DNA from: Takakia lepidozioides
Lineage: Eukaryota; Plantae; Bryophyta
Length of the DNA stretch: 64,000 nt
Assembly: GCA_030704615.1 (NCBI GenBank)
Contig: CM060731.1
Span: forward strand, 86,552,001 to 86,616,000
Direction of reading: 5' to 3'
Part shown: in pieces, positions 12,304 through 23,527 of the stretch
Layout: each line of letters opens with the position of its first letter
Numbering within the stretch: position 1 is the stretch's first letter
Program-made: the position numbers and the translations under genes
Notes under the pieces: generated by a model
What the model was told of the DNA's origin: nothing
Databases searched by the model: none
What the model saw: the letters and a program-made list of their open reading frames with translations, nothing else

Positions 12304-12700
12304 CACTACAACAAATTGCGGCTTTTACGTCTCTGTGTTATGACTGCAAATGCAGTCATGGAAGCCATTTACCTGACTTCCTGACTCTGGACTAGTCAGT
12401 TGTGACATGGGCAGATATGACTCTCCAGGCTGGCTGTCACGTGGCGCCAGAGCAGCTGTGGGGGTAGTCATACACGCTGGCTTTACTGAATGACTGAACA
12501 GACAGTGTAGTGTCATGTCTTGTGTGCAAGAGTGGCACGTGCTCGATGCAGGAAATGACACGTGGTAGAGTTTAGCTCTCCATGACTGCGAACTATGACT
12601 ACGGTGTGCTAATCCGGTTTGCAACACGTGGCGTTGCAGTTTTTACACACGTGGTCCATCAGCAGATTGACATGTGTCATGATGGGTGTTTTTTTGGGTG
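12304..12700 (+). mobile_element. Second CACTA terminus, partner of 4050, now in inverted orientation; inner boundary approximate
   Basis: CACTACAACAAATTGCGGCTTTTA at 12304, preceded by TAT (ATA on the minus strand, i.e. a 3-bp TSD). Confidence 0.75.
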
Positions 12701-15001
12701 TATTGCTATTTTTTTACATATTTGTATTTCTGCCACGTGGTGTAGCACTATTGGAGAGTGAAAATAGATGTAGTCATTATTATGACTATGATAGTAGTCA
12801 TGTATATGTCTATTACAACAATGGAATATAATATATAATACAAAGAGAACAAGGCAGCAAGACATAACTGCAACAAGCTGAGCAAAACCAAGAGATTGCA
12901 CACCATCTCTATTTACCAATCTATTTATCATTATCATTTTTGTTGCGATCTAAAATACATTAAAATAGTCGCATGTTCTCATGTGAATTATTTTGTCTAA
13001 CTAAAACACTTTGAAAAGTGTTCACCCAGAATCTTCTAACTACTCATGTATTCCATCAATCTGCAACCCATAAAAAATGGCTTGCATGGCTTTAAGAATT
13101 ACTACTAGCAAAGACATTTGTTGTTTTTTCCAAGTTCTTGCATAAGATGCACCAACCAATATTGCATTGTGAGACACTCACTCGCTATACTCCAAAGCAT
13201 CCAGGGAAGGTCACTGAGCAACCTGCCAAGGCGGAAACAATTAAGAGAATTATCTAATACCATATATGAAAAACCAAAAAAAGGTTGGTGTGTATTGGCG
13301 AAGTCGTCAGATACTTCACAAAGAAACCCAGGATGATAGGAAGGTCACTCACGTTTATACAAAGACATCTTGCCCATTGCCAGCACCCTGCGTCACCCAC
13401 ACTCTATCTCTATTCCTTCAGCTATCCATGCCTCTGCACAAATCAAGCATTCATCCTTGCCTTGCTGCTAGCAGCTGACAATGACAGCCTACATTTGTTC
13501 TAGGAAACACCCAAACTCAGCGTAGCACACTAGTTCCTATGCTGAATTGTGCTGCTACTCTTCTGAAATGTAGCAGCATTCACCTTCTGCCCCGGTTGAC
13601 CCATCAGTGACTGGGCTCAGATAAGTTTCATTCCAAAAAAATCATGAATCGGTGATGATCGGTGTCGATCATAACACATTCTACTAGAGTGGAGCTGCAG
13701 AGAAAATTGAAACTCATGATCAAAGCACAAGCAGAAGGGAGACGGCATACCAGCTGACCAGGGAAACCCCCTTTCACAAGATAGAGGCTGTTCACACAAT
13801 TCCATGTGCGCAAAACTTCAAACCCTGAAGACTTGAGGTATGATGCCAATGCCCGATGACTATCATTGTCACATGACTGAAAAAGCAGAAGTGTCCCTGC
13901 ATCAGAGAGGAAGTTTGTTGCAAACCCCCGAACACCCAACTCCAGTAGTGTCCTCGAATTTGTTCCAGCCTGGCGTCTTGCCCTTTGGAAGAACTTCTGG
14001 CACAGCCTGGCCATCCGGGATGTCGAGAATGACAATGTCGGCCGCATAAGTTTCTGCACACCGCACACGAAGGTGGGACCTGTGCTCACCTGCAACAGAC
14101 ATTTTTTTTTATAAGAACGATGGCAAGATTGTTTTCAAAGAACGAGACTGAAATACTGCCAACGAAACTTTCAGAGAAAAAGGAAAGAACTGGAATTCTC
14201 ACCAGATTGAGGAATGAGATATATTGTCCCAGGTAGGGGATGGCACCCCAGTGTATCCTCTCTTTCGACTCTGCATCATCATCGAAAGCCAACCCTCATT
14301 AACAATTTTCATCTCTCCTCGCGAATCAGAACGGGAAGGGTGTGGCTTGGCATCGAACACGCACTGAAGAGTGCGGGTATATCTTCCAGCAGTAAAGTCC
14401 TGCCCACTCTCCATCTCCTTTTCATTCTCCTTTCCCTTGTCCTTTTCCTTCTCTTTGGACTTGTCTTTGTCCTTTGGCTTTGCTGGTGAGATGGCTATGA
14501 CATCAACAGCCTTGTCTTTTGGTTTGCGGCCCGCCTTCTTTTCCCTTCTGCGGCGTTCCTGAGCATCAGGCTCCTTGGCAGCCAACGTTGCTATGTTTCG
14601 TTGATACTCTTCGTCAGTCAAAGGCGCCAGCATCTCAGCGTTATTGTTCAAGTATTTCATATGCTTTTCTTGAAAGGTCGTGTGCTCAGGTGGGAAGTCA
14701 AGGTACCAGCCACAGTCTCTGAAGTGGAGAAGGACTCCAGTCCTTCATATCCCTGCAGTATACATGGTTGGATCGTTTTGCAGGGTCCGACCACATGTCA
14801 AGATAGTCGGGAATTCCGCTCAGGTGATTTCCTTCCATAAGCACATATTTCGTGTACCTGAAAAAAAGGAGATAAATCCCAACCCACAAAAGCGCTCAGT
14901 GAGTAAGATGCAAGTAGAACAGAATGAAAAAAACATAGATTGAAATGGCTCTGAGAACTGCTCCAAGGACCTTTCAGGACCACACACTACTGCTCCAGAT
15001 A

Positions 15002-15720
15002 TGAATGTCGTCAACGCCATTCAGAACATTCCATTCAATGATAATGTAATACACACCCCAATCCAGGTGAATGCAAATTATCGTTAGGAAGACACAGACA
15101 TAGAAAGTGAATGTCGTCAACGACATTCACTAATGAAGCCAAATTAATACTTAATGAAGCAAAATCACAGGATGGAAATCAAAAATCGAGTAGGAACCCA
15201 CCAGGAAAACTCAATGCACATTCATAACGACATATCACTGAGGACCTCACAACATCACTGTATGTGAATGGCGTCAACGCCATTCACAAAAATACCAAAA
15301 GAAAACCAATTACTTAGCTCCCAATCTATGTAAATTCAATTTGTCGCTGTTGAATAATACAGACACAGCAGGGAATGTCGTCAACGACATTCACTTTGGA
15401 TTTCTCATAACAGAGCTTATCAAGCCTCCAGATTCCTCGCAAGAGGCAAAAACAATGCAGAACAACTGAATGTCTGCATTGACATTCAGCAAAATGAAGT
15501 GAGGAACCCTCACTGTAACCTCTATGGACATTACAAAATTTAACATAACTCCTGAGGACCTCTCAACAATCTCCGTAGGTGAATGTCGTCAACGCCATTC
15601 AAGGACATTATCATTCTAATCAGGGACCAATATAATTGCACCTTAGATCCTAACCAGGTGAATTCATATACTCGCTTAAGAATGACTCAGACAAAGAAGT
15701 GAATGTCGTCAACGACATAC
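15002..15720. repeat. Intronic array of 7 palindromes, consensus TGAATG(T/G)CGTCAACG(A/C)CATTCA
   Basis: Copies start at 15002, 15108, 15265, 15372, 15467 (variant core), 15580, 15700. Spacing 95-157 bp. Confidence 0.92.
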
Positions 15721-17595
15721 AATCTGGATCTAAGATTGCAATCCATATGAAGCCACATTTTTTCCCAAAAAAAACAGTAGAGTTTCAAGTATGACATTGC
15801 ACTGTACACAACACTCGCATCATGGCCCACTCTCCCTCCAACCTGACTGTCAAAGTCGTTGTAAAACCGTAAAATGTTACCTATCTTTTGGAGAACTCCC
15901 GGAAAAAAAACAGTATCTCCAGGGTGAGACCTCTCCACTTCCTTATGTATGCCTCCAATGACATTTGGGGAGGGGAAACAATCGAAATGTTCAGGTCCTT
16001 CAAAGTCTGATCCAGCACAATGACGGCGCGCTTTTCGAGCTGCAAATAGTATATTTGTCAGAATTGCAAAAAGATACTCATCACATACTTGAAGAGAAGA
16101 AAACAGCATGTTCGAATACACACCTGACTCCAAAATGTAGCCTTGTGGAGCCAGTTATCAAACACCAAATCACTGATTCCTTCCACCTTTGTGCCAGGCT
16201 GTATGGTGCTCTTTGGGAACTGATTCAAGTCCTTTACTGTTTGATCTGAGTTCCATATCTCCAGCCACCTTATTTTTGTGGGTCGACCATCGATATGGCC
16301 AGCCGGTGCAATTTCTCCTGCTGCATCTCCGGATGCACATGCTTGTCATAGTGTGTTTTGATCTGCTGAAGGAACTCAGGACCAAGTCCAGGATCTACTA
16401 TTCTAAGCTGCTTTCCGAAGGCTGACATCAATTTGGTTCTTCGCATTTCAAACTCCTTCTTTATTGCAGCTTCCACACCCTTTGATGTCCTTAGTTCTTC
16501 TGGTGTAGTGCGGTAATATTCGGATTTTCCCTTCTCAGCTGCCTCTGCCAGTTCTTGCTGCATTCATTCAAGTAGTGATTAGCTCCGAAGGGACTACAAC
16601 ATGTATTCGAAAAGTAAACAGAGTACAGACTCGGGCTTACCGCATACATGTACTCCAGAAACGCCTCTCGTGTCAAAGAATACCAAGTGCCTGCAGCTCT
16701 TCCTGTTTCGCACTTCTTGATGATATTGGGTGGTAGTACTGTCCGAAAATCATCCAGCTTCATCAGACCAATCCTCTGAATTCGGAATAGTGTGTGAACC
16801 AAGCTTGTTGTCACATGCGATTTCTCTGTCGATCTGCAAAAACATTGGAAACATTGCATTCCTTAACACTGTTTTTTGAGGATTAATAAGACACTACAGA
16901 GGGAATGAATCTCCTGGATGACTTACTTGTTCACGTCGTGCATAGCTGTAAGAAGCCTAGCGATGTCGTTTCCAGGATCCAAAACCATTGCCTCCACAGC
17001 AACATGCTTGTCTTTGTCTTTCGAATGGTGTTTCTGAATGTATCCCATCCATGCCAGCAATCGGTGGTTGCCGTCCCAGACGTAGAACATGTGGTTGCAG
17101 AATTGCTGGGTGTTCTTTCCCATCATGAGGCCCAGCTCGAACTCCTCATTGGCATCTTTCCAGCACTCATCCCAGTTATCACTGATCTCTGGAGACACTA
17201 ATGTGCTTTTCCCATTTATATCCGTCAGTGACACATAAAAACTTGTGCACCAAGTCTATATCCATGCACAAAATCACTCTCCAATTTTGTTATGTCATGG
17301 GAAAGAGGTGGACGCACAACAGGCATTGATATCATCCGGCACAGAGGTATGTCCAGACGCCCTCCAGATACGAGCATGTCCCTTATAACCTCTGAGAGTT
17401 TACCTTCTGGAATGACATGAGTTCTTTCACCTTGTCAAGGTAGTGCACTTCGGATTCATCTGCTTCATCTGTATTCTCTGAGCTTTTTGCGGACTCGTCC
17501 CCATCTCCAGATCCTTTCCCCTCTGATCCTGTAGGCTTCGACCTCACAGTTTTCTGCACGATGCCATTCAGTTCTGACTGAGTGATTTGCAAATA

Positions 17596-17911
17596 GTGAA
17601 TGGCGGTAACGACCATCACTCTGTCTCAAGAAACTCACCATGAATGGTGTGAAAAATTCAGCACAATCTACACAAGCAAAGCTGAGACTGCCGTATTCAA
17701 AACAAAAGCGAGAGCGATAGCGAACGGCGTTAACGACAATCACAAAAGATAACGACCTGCCGGATCGGTGTTGTGTAATGACATACATGTGCAACTGATT
17801 GGCGGCAACGACATTCAGTGTAGTTTAGGGCGGATAGTAAGTGCAGACTCTCTCTTCAAACATAGGTACATAAATCTCATGAGGAGAATCGAATGGCGTT
17901 AACGACGCTCG
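17596..17911. repeat. Second, more degenerate array of the same palindrome in intron 1 of copy B
   Basis: GTGAATGGCGGTAACGACCATCAC (17596), CGAACGGCGTTAACGACAATCAC (17721), CTGATTGGCGGCAACGACATTCAG (17795), CGAATGGCGTTAACGACGCTCG (17890). Confidence 0.75.
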
Positions 17912-19258
17912 CATTCAGTAGTTCCTGCTAAAGAAGGGAAGAGGAAGGACTCCTTGAAAGGCAATCAGACAGACTGTATGATCTGATGAATGACTGTACC
18001 ACTCATTGTGCAAAGAGGAGTAGAAAGCAAATCACCGGTAGCGACAATCCCTGTCTGGGACATTCCACTCAATCTCTACGCATATCTTCAACAATGAAAT
18101 GTAAGTTAGATAAACTTACTGGCACCTTCTTAGGTTTTGAAATTTGATCCCCTTCTGCAGCTTTCCTCTTCCCTCTCACATCTGCTGGAATTTCTGTCTG
18201 CGCTAAGGGTTTCTTGACCTTCTCCCGGTTCGGCGTTCCGCGTGCTTCCACCTTCTTCAGTGTCCCTGCGAATCATCTCTGCTCCACAGGCTGGCGCACT
18301 CTTATCGCCGACTGTGTCACAGCCGCTGCCTCAGTCTCCGTCTGCTCTTGTGAATCAGTCTCCGCGTTCACCTGCTGCCTTGGCCCTGTGTTCTCCAACA
18401 AACGACGCCTCGTCATTTTCTCTCTTGCTCTGCGTCTCTCTCTAAGGGAAGTAAAATAAAGAGACTTTCTTCTCTTTCGTATTCTAGAAGGAACCCTCTC
18501 CAGCTTGACTACCACTCTCCCTCTAAGCGCGAAAAGTAGAAAAACGCAGTGACTCCCGATTTCTTGCGGGATTGCCTGCGTTCTTGCGTGTCTCTAGAAG
18601 CATCGGATTCCCTCCCGTGACCGTTACACATAGTCGTTCCTTATTAGTGCACATGCCAGCAATTGGTGTACAGCTGTTCGTATTCAGTTATGGATGTCTG
18701 ACGTGTGTCGCCCAAAAAAAACGGCGTGTTCTTTATTAGGTTTCAATATTTAAAAATAACAGCGAATCCCAGAAATTTGGCGCAGTCTTAAAAATAAATG
18801 TAAATGAACGAGAGTTTGATGACAAATTTTGGAATATCATACACGGTCATCCTTGTTAGCCAAACCCCACATTCGTTTCACATTTGAACTTTCCAGGTGC
18901 GCATGATCATTGGTAGTAGTATAAAGATACATTTACTTAATCTGCAATCCCATTCTCAGATCCTGTGGCATGCTTCCAGGAAGTCGGCTTTGTTTTGGGT
19001 TTATTGATGAGGTTCTGGTTAACGGTTTTACAGCTGCCGACACTGCACCTAGGGATACTCTGACCACTGGGCCCACAAGAAAAGTAATTAAAATGGACGG
19101 CTGCATATCTGGAAAGAATAACATAATATGCACAGTCGTTATCTGAGCTTCCTCCGCCATATTCTCTCATCATTCTTCAACTGTGTTCTGGAGACAGCAG
19201 TAAACCGATTTACACTAGATCTGCGATAGCAAGGTACAAACGTACGCGAGGAAGGAAG

Positions 19259-22200
19259 ATGGCTTCCTCTGAAGCGGAGTTCTTCTCTGACGACAAACCA
19301 GTGCCGTTCTCCAGGAAGTCCTTGACAATGGATTTGCAATTGTTCTGGAACATGTCTTGGCTACCCGTTTTCAGCTGCAGAATGGCTCCATCTTTTTGGA
19401 GAAAGAGGTGTACGATCTTAAAGGGAAGTTGGTGAAATATTCTTTCCAAAACCGTGATGAGACGGCTCATATCAGCCAGTGGAGAGTGCGTCCTGGTCGA
19501 TACAGAGTACTTGGAGAGCCTCGGCGAAAGTCCCTTGGGTCATATGTGACGCCCGGGACTGCTGCTTCGGTCGTTGAAGACAAGAGGGAGGTGGTGGTGA
19601 AAAAAGAACAGACGTCCTCCACTCCAATCGTTGAGCTTTCGGATTCTTCCGATGATGACATAAGTGAAATTCCAAATCCAGTCCTTCCTACTGTGGTTGG
19701 AGAAGCTGATGAAGAAGAGATTTGTAGTGTCATTCCAAAATTGCGGGCGATGGGAGGAATGGCTGGATTCAAAAGTGAGTTGCGGGGAATTGATTGGGAA
19801 TCTTTGAAGCAGGTGCCTGTGAAGTTCTTGCCGGAGACTTTTGATGGCGATATCCTATTCGAGCTGCCTCTCCTCCGCGAGTTGGAGGTGTAACAATCAT
19901 GATGCATGGAATGGACAAGAAACACGACGGGCACCCGTGGTGCAGAACAAAAACATCCAATATTCAGAATGATGACAAGCTTGTTTTCAGGAGGACAGTT
20001 TGCAATGGACACCTTAGGTGTGATAATTTGAATTGCAGACACTTTCTTCAGTCTGGGGTTCATAATCAAAGCGAATGGGAGGGTCTGGCGGAAAATCCAT
20101 TTCAGCCTGGGACTGCCCCTCCACCGGCAAACACTTTCGTCTGCAAATTCTGCAAACTTGTGCCATCCTGCTTGGCGCTCTGCGGAGCAAGAATGTACTA
20201 TGTTGTCCACCGTTTGAAACAATGACGAGAGCTTGTGTGCATTTTGGATTCCATAACCATCCTGTCTCGAAGGGGGATTACAGGGAGAGTGTTGAGACAG
20301 TATCGAGGTTGATCAAACAGGAGTTCGGGAGAAACCCATCCGCAACAACATCTGCAATTGCTCTTGGCGCAAGCAAGTCCTTCTTGGAAAGCCATATTTT
20401 GAGTGAAGGAGATTCTGTGGGGACTAAACTTGACGGTGCAGCATTGGACCTGGTCATGGATCATTTCTCCACTTTAAGTTCACCTAACATTCGGCATCAG
20501 ATCAATGCATTGAGAATGGGCTCTGGGATCAGAGGCTACATAGACAATATTTTGGAATTGAAACGAGTGAGCAAGTACGATTACATCCAGGACAATGTAT
20601 TCCCAGGTCAAGGTGCCATCAAAGTTTTTCTTTTCAAAATGTCGACTGTTGGGGAGGGCAGTGGGGTTAGCCTCGTGAAGCGGATGCAGAAGACTGGGGA
20701 CTTGCAGAACTGTTTTCTTATGTTTGATCATGTGAAACGAGTGAAGGATTGGACGACAATGGCTTGTCATGTCTACGATCCAGTGTACCAACGAGTTATG
20801 ACAATTGCAGTTTGTGACATGCAATCCGAGGATACGGAATCCCAGAAGCTCATGTGGAATTCCCTGATACGTGTCATGGGCTGCCATCTCCAAATTTCGC
20901 AGGTTTCATGGCGGATAGTGCTCAAGCAAATTTCAATGCTGTTCGTATTGTCTTCGGATCGGGCGACCCAAAAGTGCCTATGCCAGGAAGAGAGCGTACA
21001 TGTCTATTCCATTGGACACAATCTCTGGAAAACATACAAAGTCGGACATCAAACCAGAGATGCAGACTCAGCACCGTAAATTGTGCAAAGAGTACAAAGA
21101 TGCTAGAACAATGAAGGAGGCGGACACTTTGTTCCAGACAATTCGTGCCTGGTGGTTCTCTTCTGGAGCTGCATCACTTGAGAGTATGAGAGCATTGGAA
21201 GATTGGCTGGCGTTTTGGCACTTCCGGTATAGACAGTGGGGAGCAGCCATGACAATGGTACGAGGCTTCTATTTCATGCTTTATTCATACATTTGCTTTC
21301 CATATTTTTGACTCATTGCTTTCTTTATGTTGTTTCCTGTGCACTGTTCTGAAGTGTGGTTATCCTCTTTGCAGAACATGTCCATTGAGGAAATGGCGGA
21401 CATGCCATCTTGCAATTTGGCAGAAACTGTGCACAACGCATGGTTGCAGCAGTCTGGGAAACGAGGTCGGGATTTGTATGTGGCAACAACAGATGATTTG
21501 ATACGTGCCTTGCAACAACAAACCCGATACCGTGATTTCTTACGAGGTGGGGTTGGTGGCAAGGGTCCGGACAAATGGGAGTTGATGTTGCGTGCTGCAA
21601 ACAGATCTGGGGATCCAATCAAGATAGCACGGGCGGTGAGCATGTATGCCCAGGGAACGCCACTTGTTTCTAGAGTTCCACATCTTGAAGGGGAGGAGAG
21701 ATTCGGCTCCTGTAAGAGGAAATTGAACACTCCACCTGGTTCGGATTCAGATTCCCACAGGGCAGACCGTGATAACTTCTCGAAGCCTCGTGTTCCCTGC
21801 ATGACAGCTCCATGTCCGGAACCTCCATTGTGGAGGAACCTCCAACACGACGGCAAGCTCCAGCATCAAACCGTGCCACTGAAATGGTGCAGGAGAGAAA
21901 CAACCCCCTTGATGTGCTTGAGTCCGCATGCCCCGACCACGTTTGGCACATAGAACGCACAAGTGTAGGGTCTCGTGTGAAATGTACAGCGATCAGGGCA
22001 ACTAATTTCGAGAAGTGCACTTCATCTATATCCAGAGGTGGTGCCCGAACTCCTGCTCCGACTTTCACGGGCTTGATGCGTCCATACGGTCAACCAGAAG
22101 CCAAGAACCACAAGTTCTGGTTCTGCGCAGATGATTGTGCCAGATGTGTGCATGGAACTGTGCGTCCTTCCGTAGTGATGAAGCCATCTCCTCCAACCGT

Positions 22201-22757
22201 TTGGCCCGTGAAGGTGGGAACACATCTCAGCTTTCAGGAGATTGAAATGCTGGAGGAGGCAGGTTTTTCCCTTGCGAGACAACCCCAACTCCATGCATGT
22301 GCTACTACTTCTGCGTCCTCCCGGGTCCCCCGGCAAATCCTGACTTGTGGCCAACCAAACGAGATGGAAAGCTCGTTCGGCGTTTCCCTCCAACCGCTGA
22401 ACACTTTGGCAAAGTGGAGTCCGCAAGAATGCTCCAAGCTCGTGTTGGAAGCACCACGGAAGTACCCGATCCAGATATGGTCGGGTATTCACAATCATCA
22501 CTTCCACATCTGCTGTTCATGACAGGACCTACGACATCACGGTTTCCAATTTCCCCAATTGCACATGTCCTGATTTTGTGAATATGCTATCAACCAGTTT
22601 GGGCAAGAGAGGTAAATTCATACCCTGCAAACATTTGTATTTCATATTTTTGAGGAGGATGGTTTGCGATCCCAAACGTGACAACTTCATTCACCAGGCC
22701 ACTATGAGTTTCAACGAGGTCGATACTCTTTTGCAGCGGGATACAACACATGGGTAG
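19259..22757 (+). pseudogene. Mutator/MULE-type transposase with GCM/WRKY-like DNA-binding domain and C-terminal SWIM finger, frameshifted
   Basis: GCM-like DGHPWCRTKTSN..CNGHLRCDN..C..C..HFGFHNHP. DDE core FLMFDH / FMADS / NLAETVH with CxxH (CLFHW). SWIM CTCPDF..PCKH. One intron at about 21257-21374. TAG at 22755-22757. Confidence 0.85.
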
Positions 22758-23159
22758 CATGAACTATGTAATGTGGTATGTGGATGACCATGATTTGAAA
22801 TGTGTAATTCACATCAATTCGTCGGCTGTGCAATGATATGGCCTCCAACTATACGGAGTGAGCTCTGAGTGACAACTTTTAGGTAGTGCACATTTGTCAT
22901 TGCACCGTTCGAAGTCTACATGTCTTGCTGTCGCTATGCACTACAATCATCTTTTGAAGATGATCCTAACTCTCATTGTTATTTGAGGAGGGAGGAAGGT
23001 CTTCCCGTGGCAGCCTTTATGGCGCACACTTTGTGAGGATATTTTGTCGTCCTCGTAATTGTAAAAGTGAAACAAGCATTTGTAATTGCACAATGTTGGA
23101 TGCTGCAATTGTAGGCCTCAACGCTCGTCTTGATTCTATTTAGGCAAGATTCCCTGCAT

Positions 23160-23369
23160 TAATTCCACGGTCATAGGACCATCCACGGTTATAGGCGGCG
23201 CATGTTAATGGTGACGTGGCAGTGACGGACAGTGCCATGTCATCATTTACCGCCACATCAGCATGCTGACATGACGCTCACGCCACGTCAGCTGGCGTGA
23301 GGTACGCTCACGCCACGTCACTCCTGCGTGAGCGTACGCTCGCGCGCGCTCACGCGCAACGCTCACGCC
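23160..23369 (+). repeat. Right terminus of element B: CCACGGT(C/T)ATAGG x2, TGACGTGGC/GCCACGTCA and GCTCACG repeats, ending GCTCACGCC
   Basis: Read directly. Similar to 8440-8566 and to the MITE ends at 35851 and 36292. Confidence 0.6.
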
Positions 23370-23527
23370 ATTGCGTCGTTGGTGGCAGCTCATATGGTTA
23401 GGCCATGTTTTGTACCAGAAGTGAGTACAATGATAGTAACCAAAAGCAAAGCTAAACTAGTACCTCCAGTGGATGAGGAAGAAGATGGTAATGAGGATGG
23501 CAGTGATGTGCCTGAAGATGATGAGGC

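Larger units (their letters stand above)
13751..18416 (-). pseudogene. Multi-exon cargo gene copy B: ParB/Srx-like N-terminal domain, helical middle, Lys-rich linker, beta-class DNA amino-methyltransferase-like C-terminal segment
   Basis: ATG at 18416. GT-AG introns at about 18119-17590, 16926-16834, 16640-16594, 15880-14858 and about 14201-14091. Motifs FYVWDGNHRLLAW and DIVILDIPDG...GWNK...FLSDAGTLLLF...LKSSGFEVLRTW. Several stops and frameshifts. Confidence 0.7.
13550..23369. mobile_element. Mutator-like DNA transposon copy B: divergent ParB/MTase-like cargo gene (-) and GCM-DDE-SWIM transposase (+). Left end truncated; right end GCTCACGCC
   Basis: Head-to-head gene pair, also seen in copy A (1-4049). 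Terminal repeat cluster at 23160-23369. Confidence 0.7.

Noticed and set aside
15002-15720. CRISPR array
   Set aside because: Spacers are about 70-135 bp, uneven and related to one another. The array lies in a spliceosomal intron and there are no cas genes.
13751-18416. Bacterial or phage contamination as the source of the ParB/MTase motifs
   Set aside because: The gene has multiple GT-AG introns conserved between paralogues and is embedded among plant TEs and genes.
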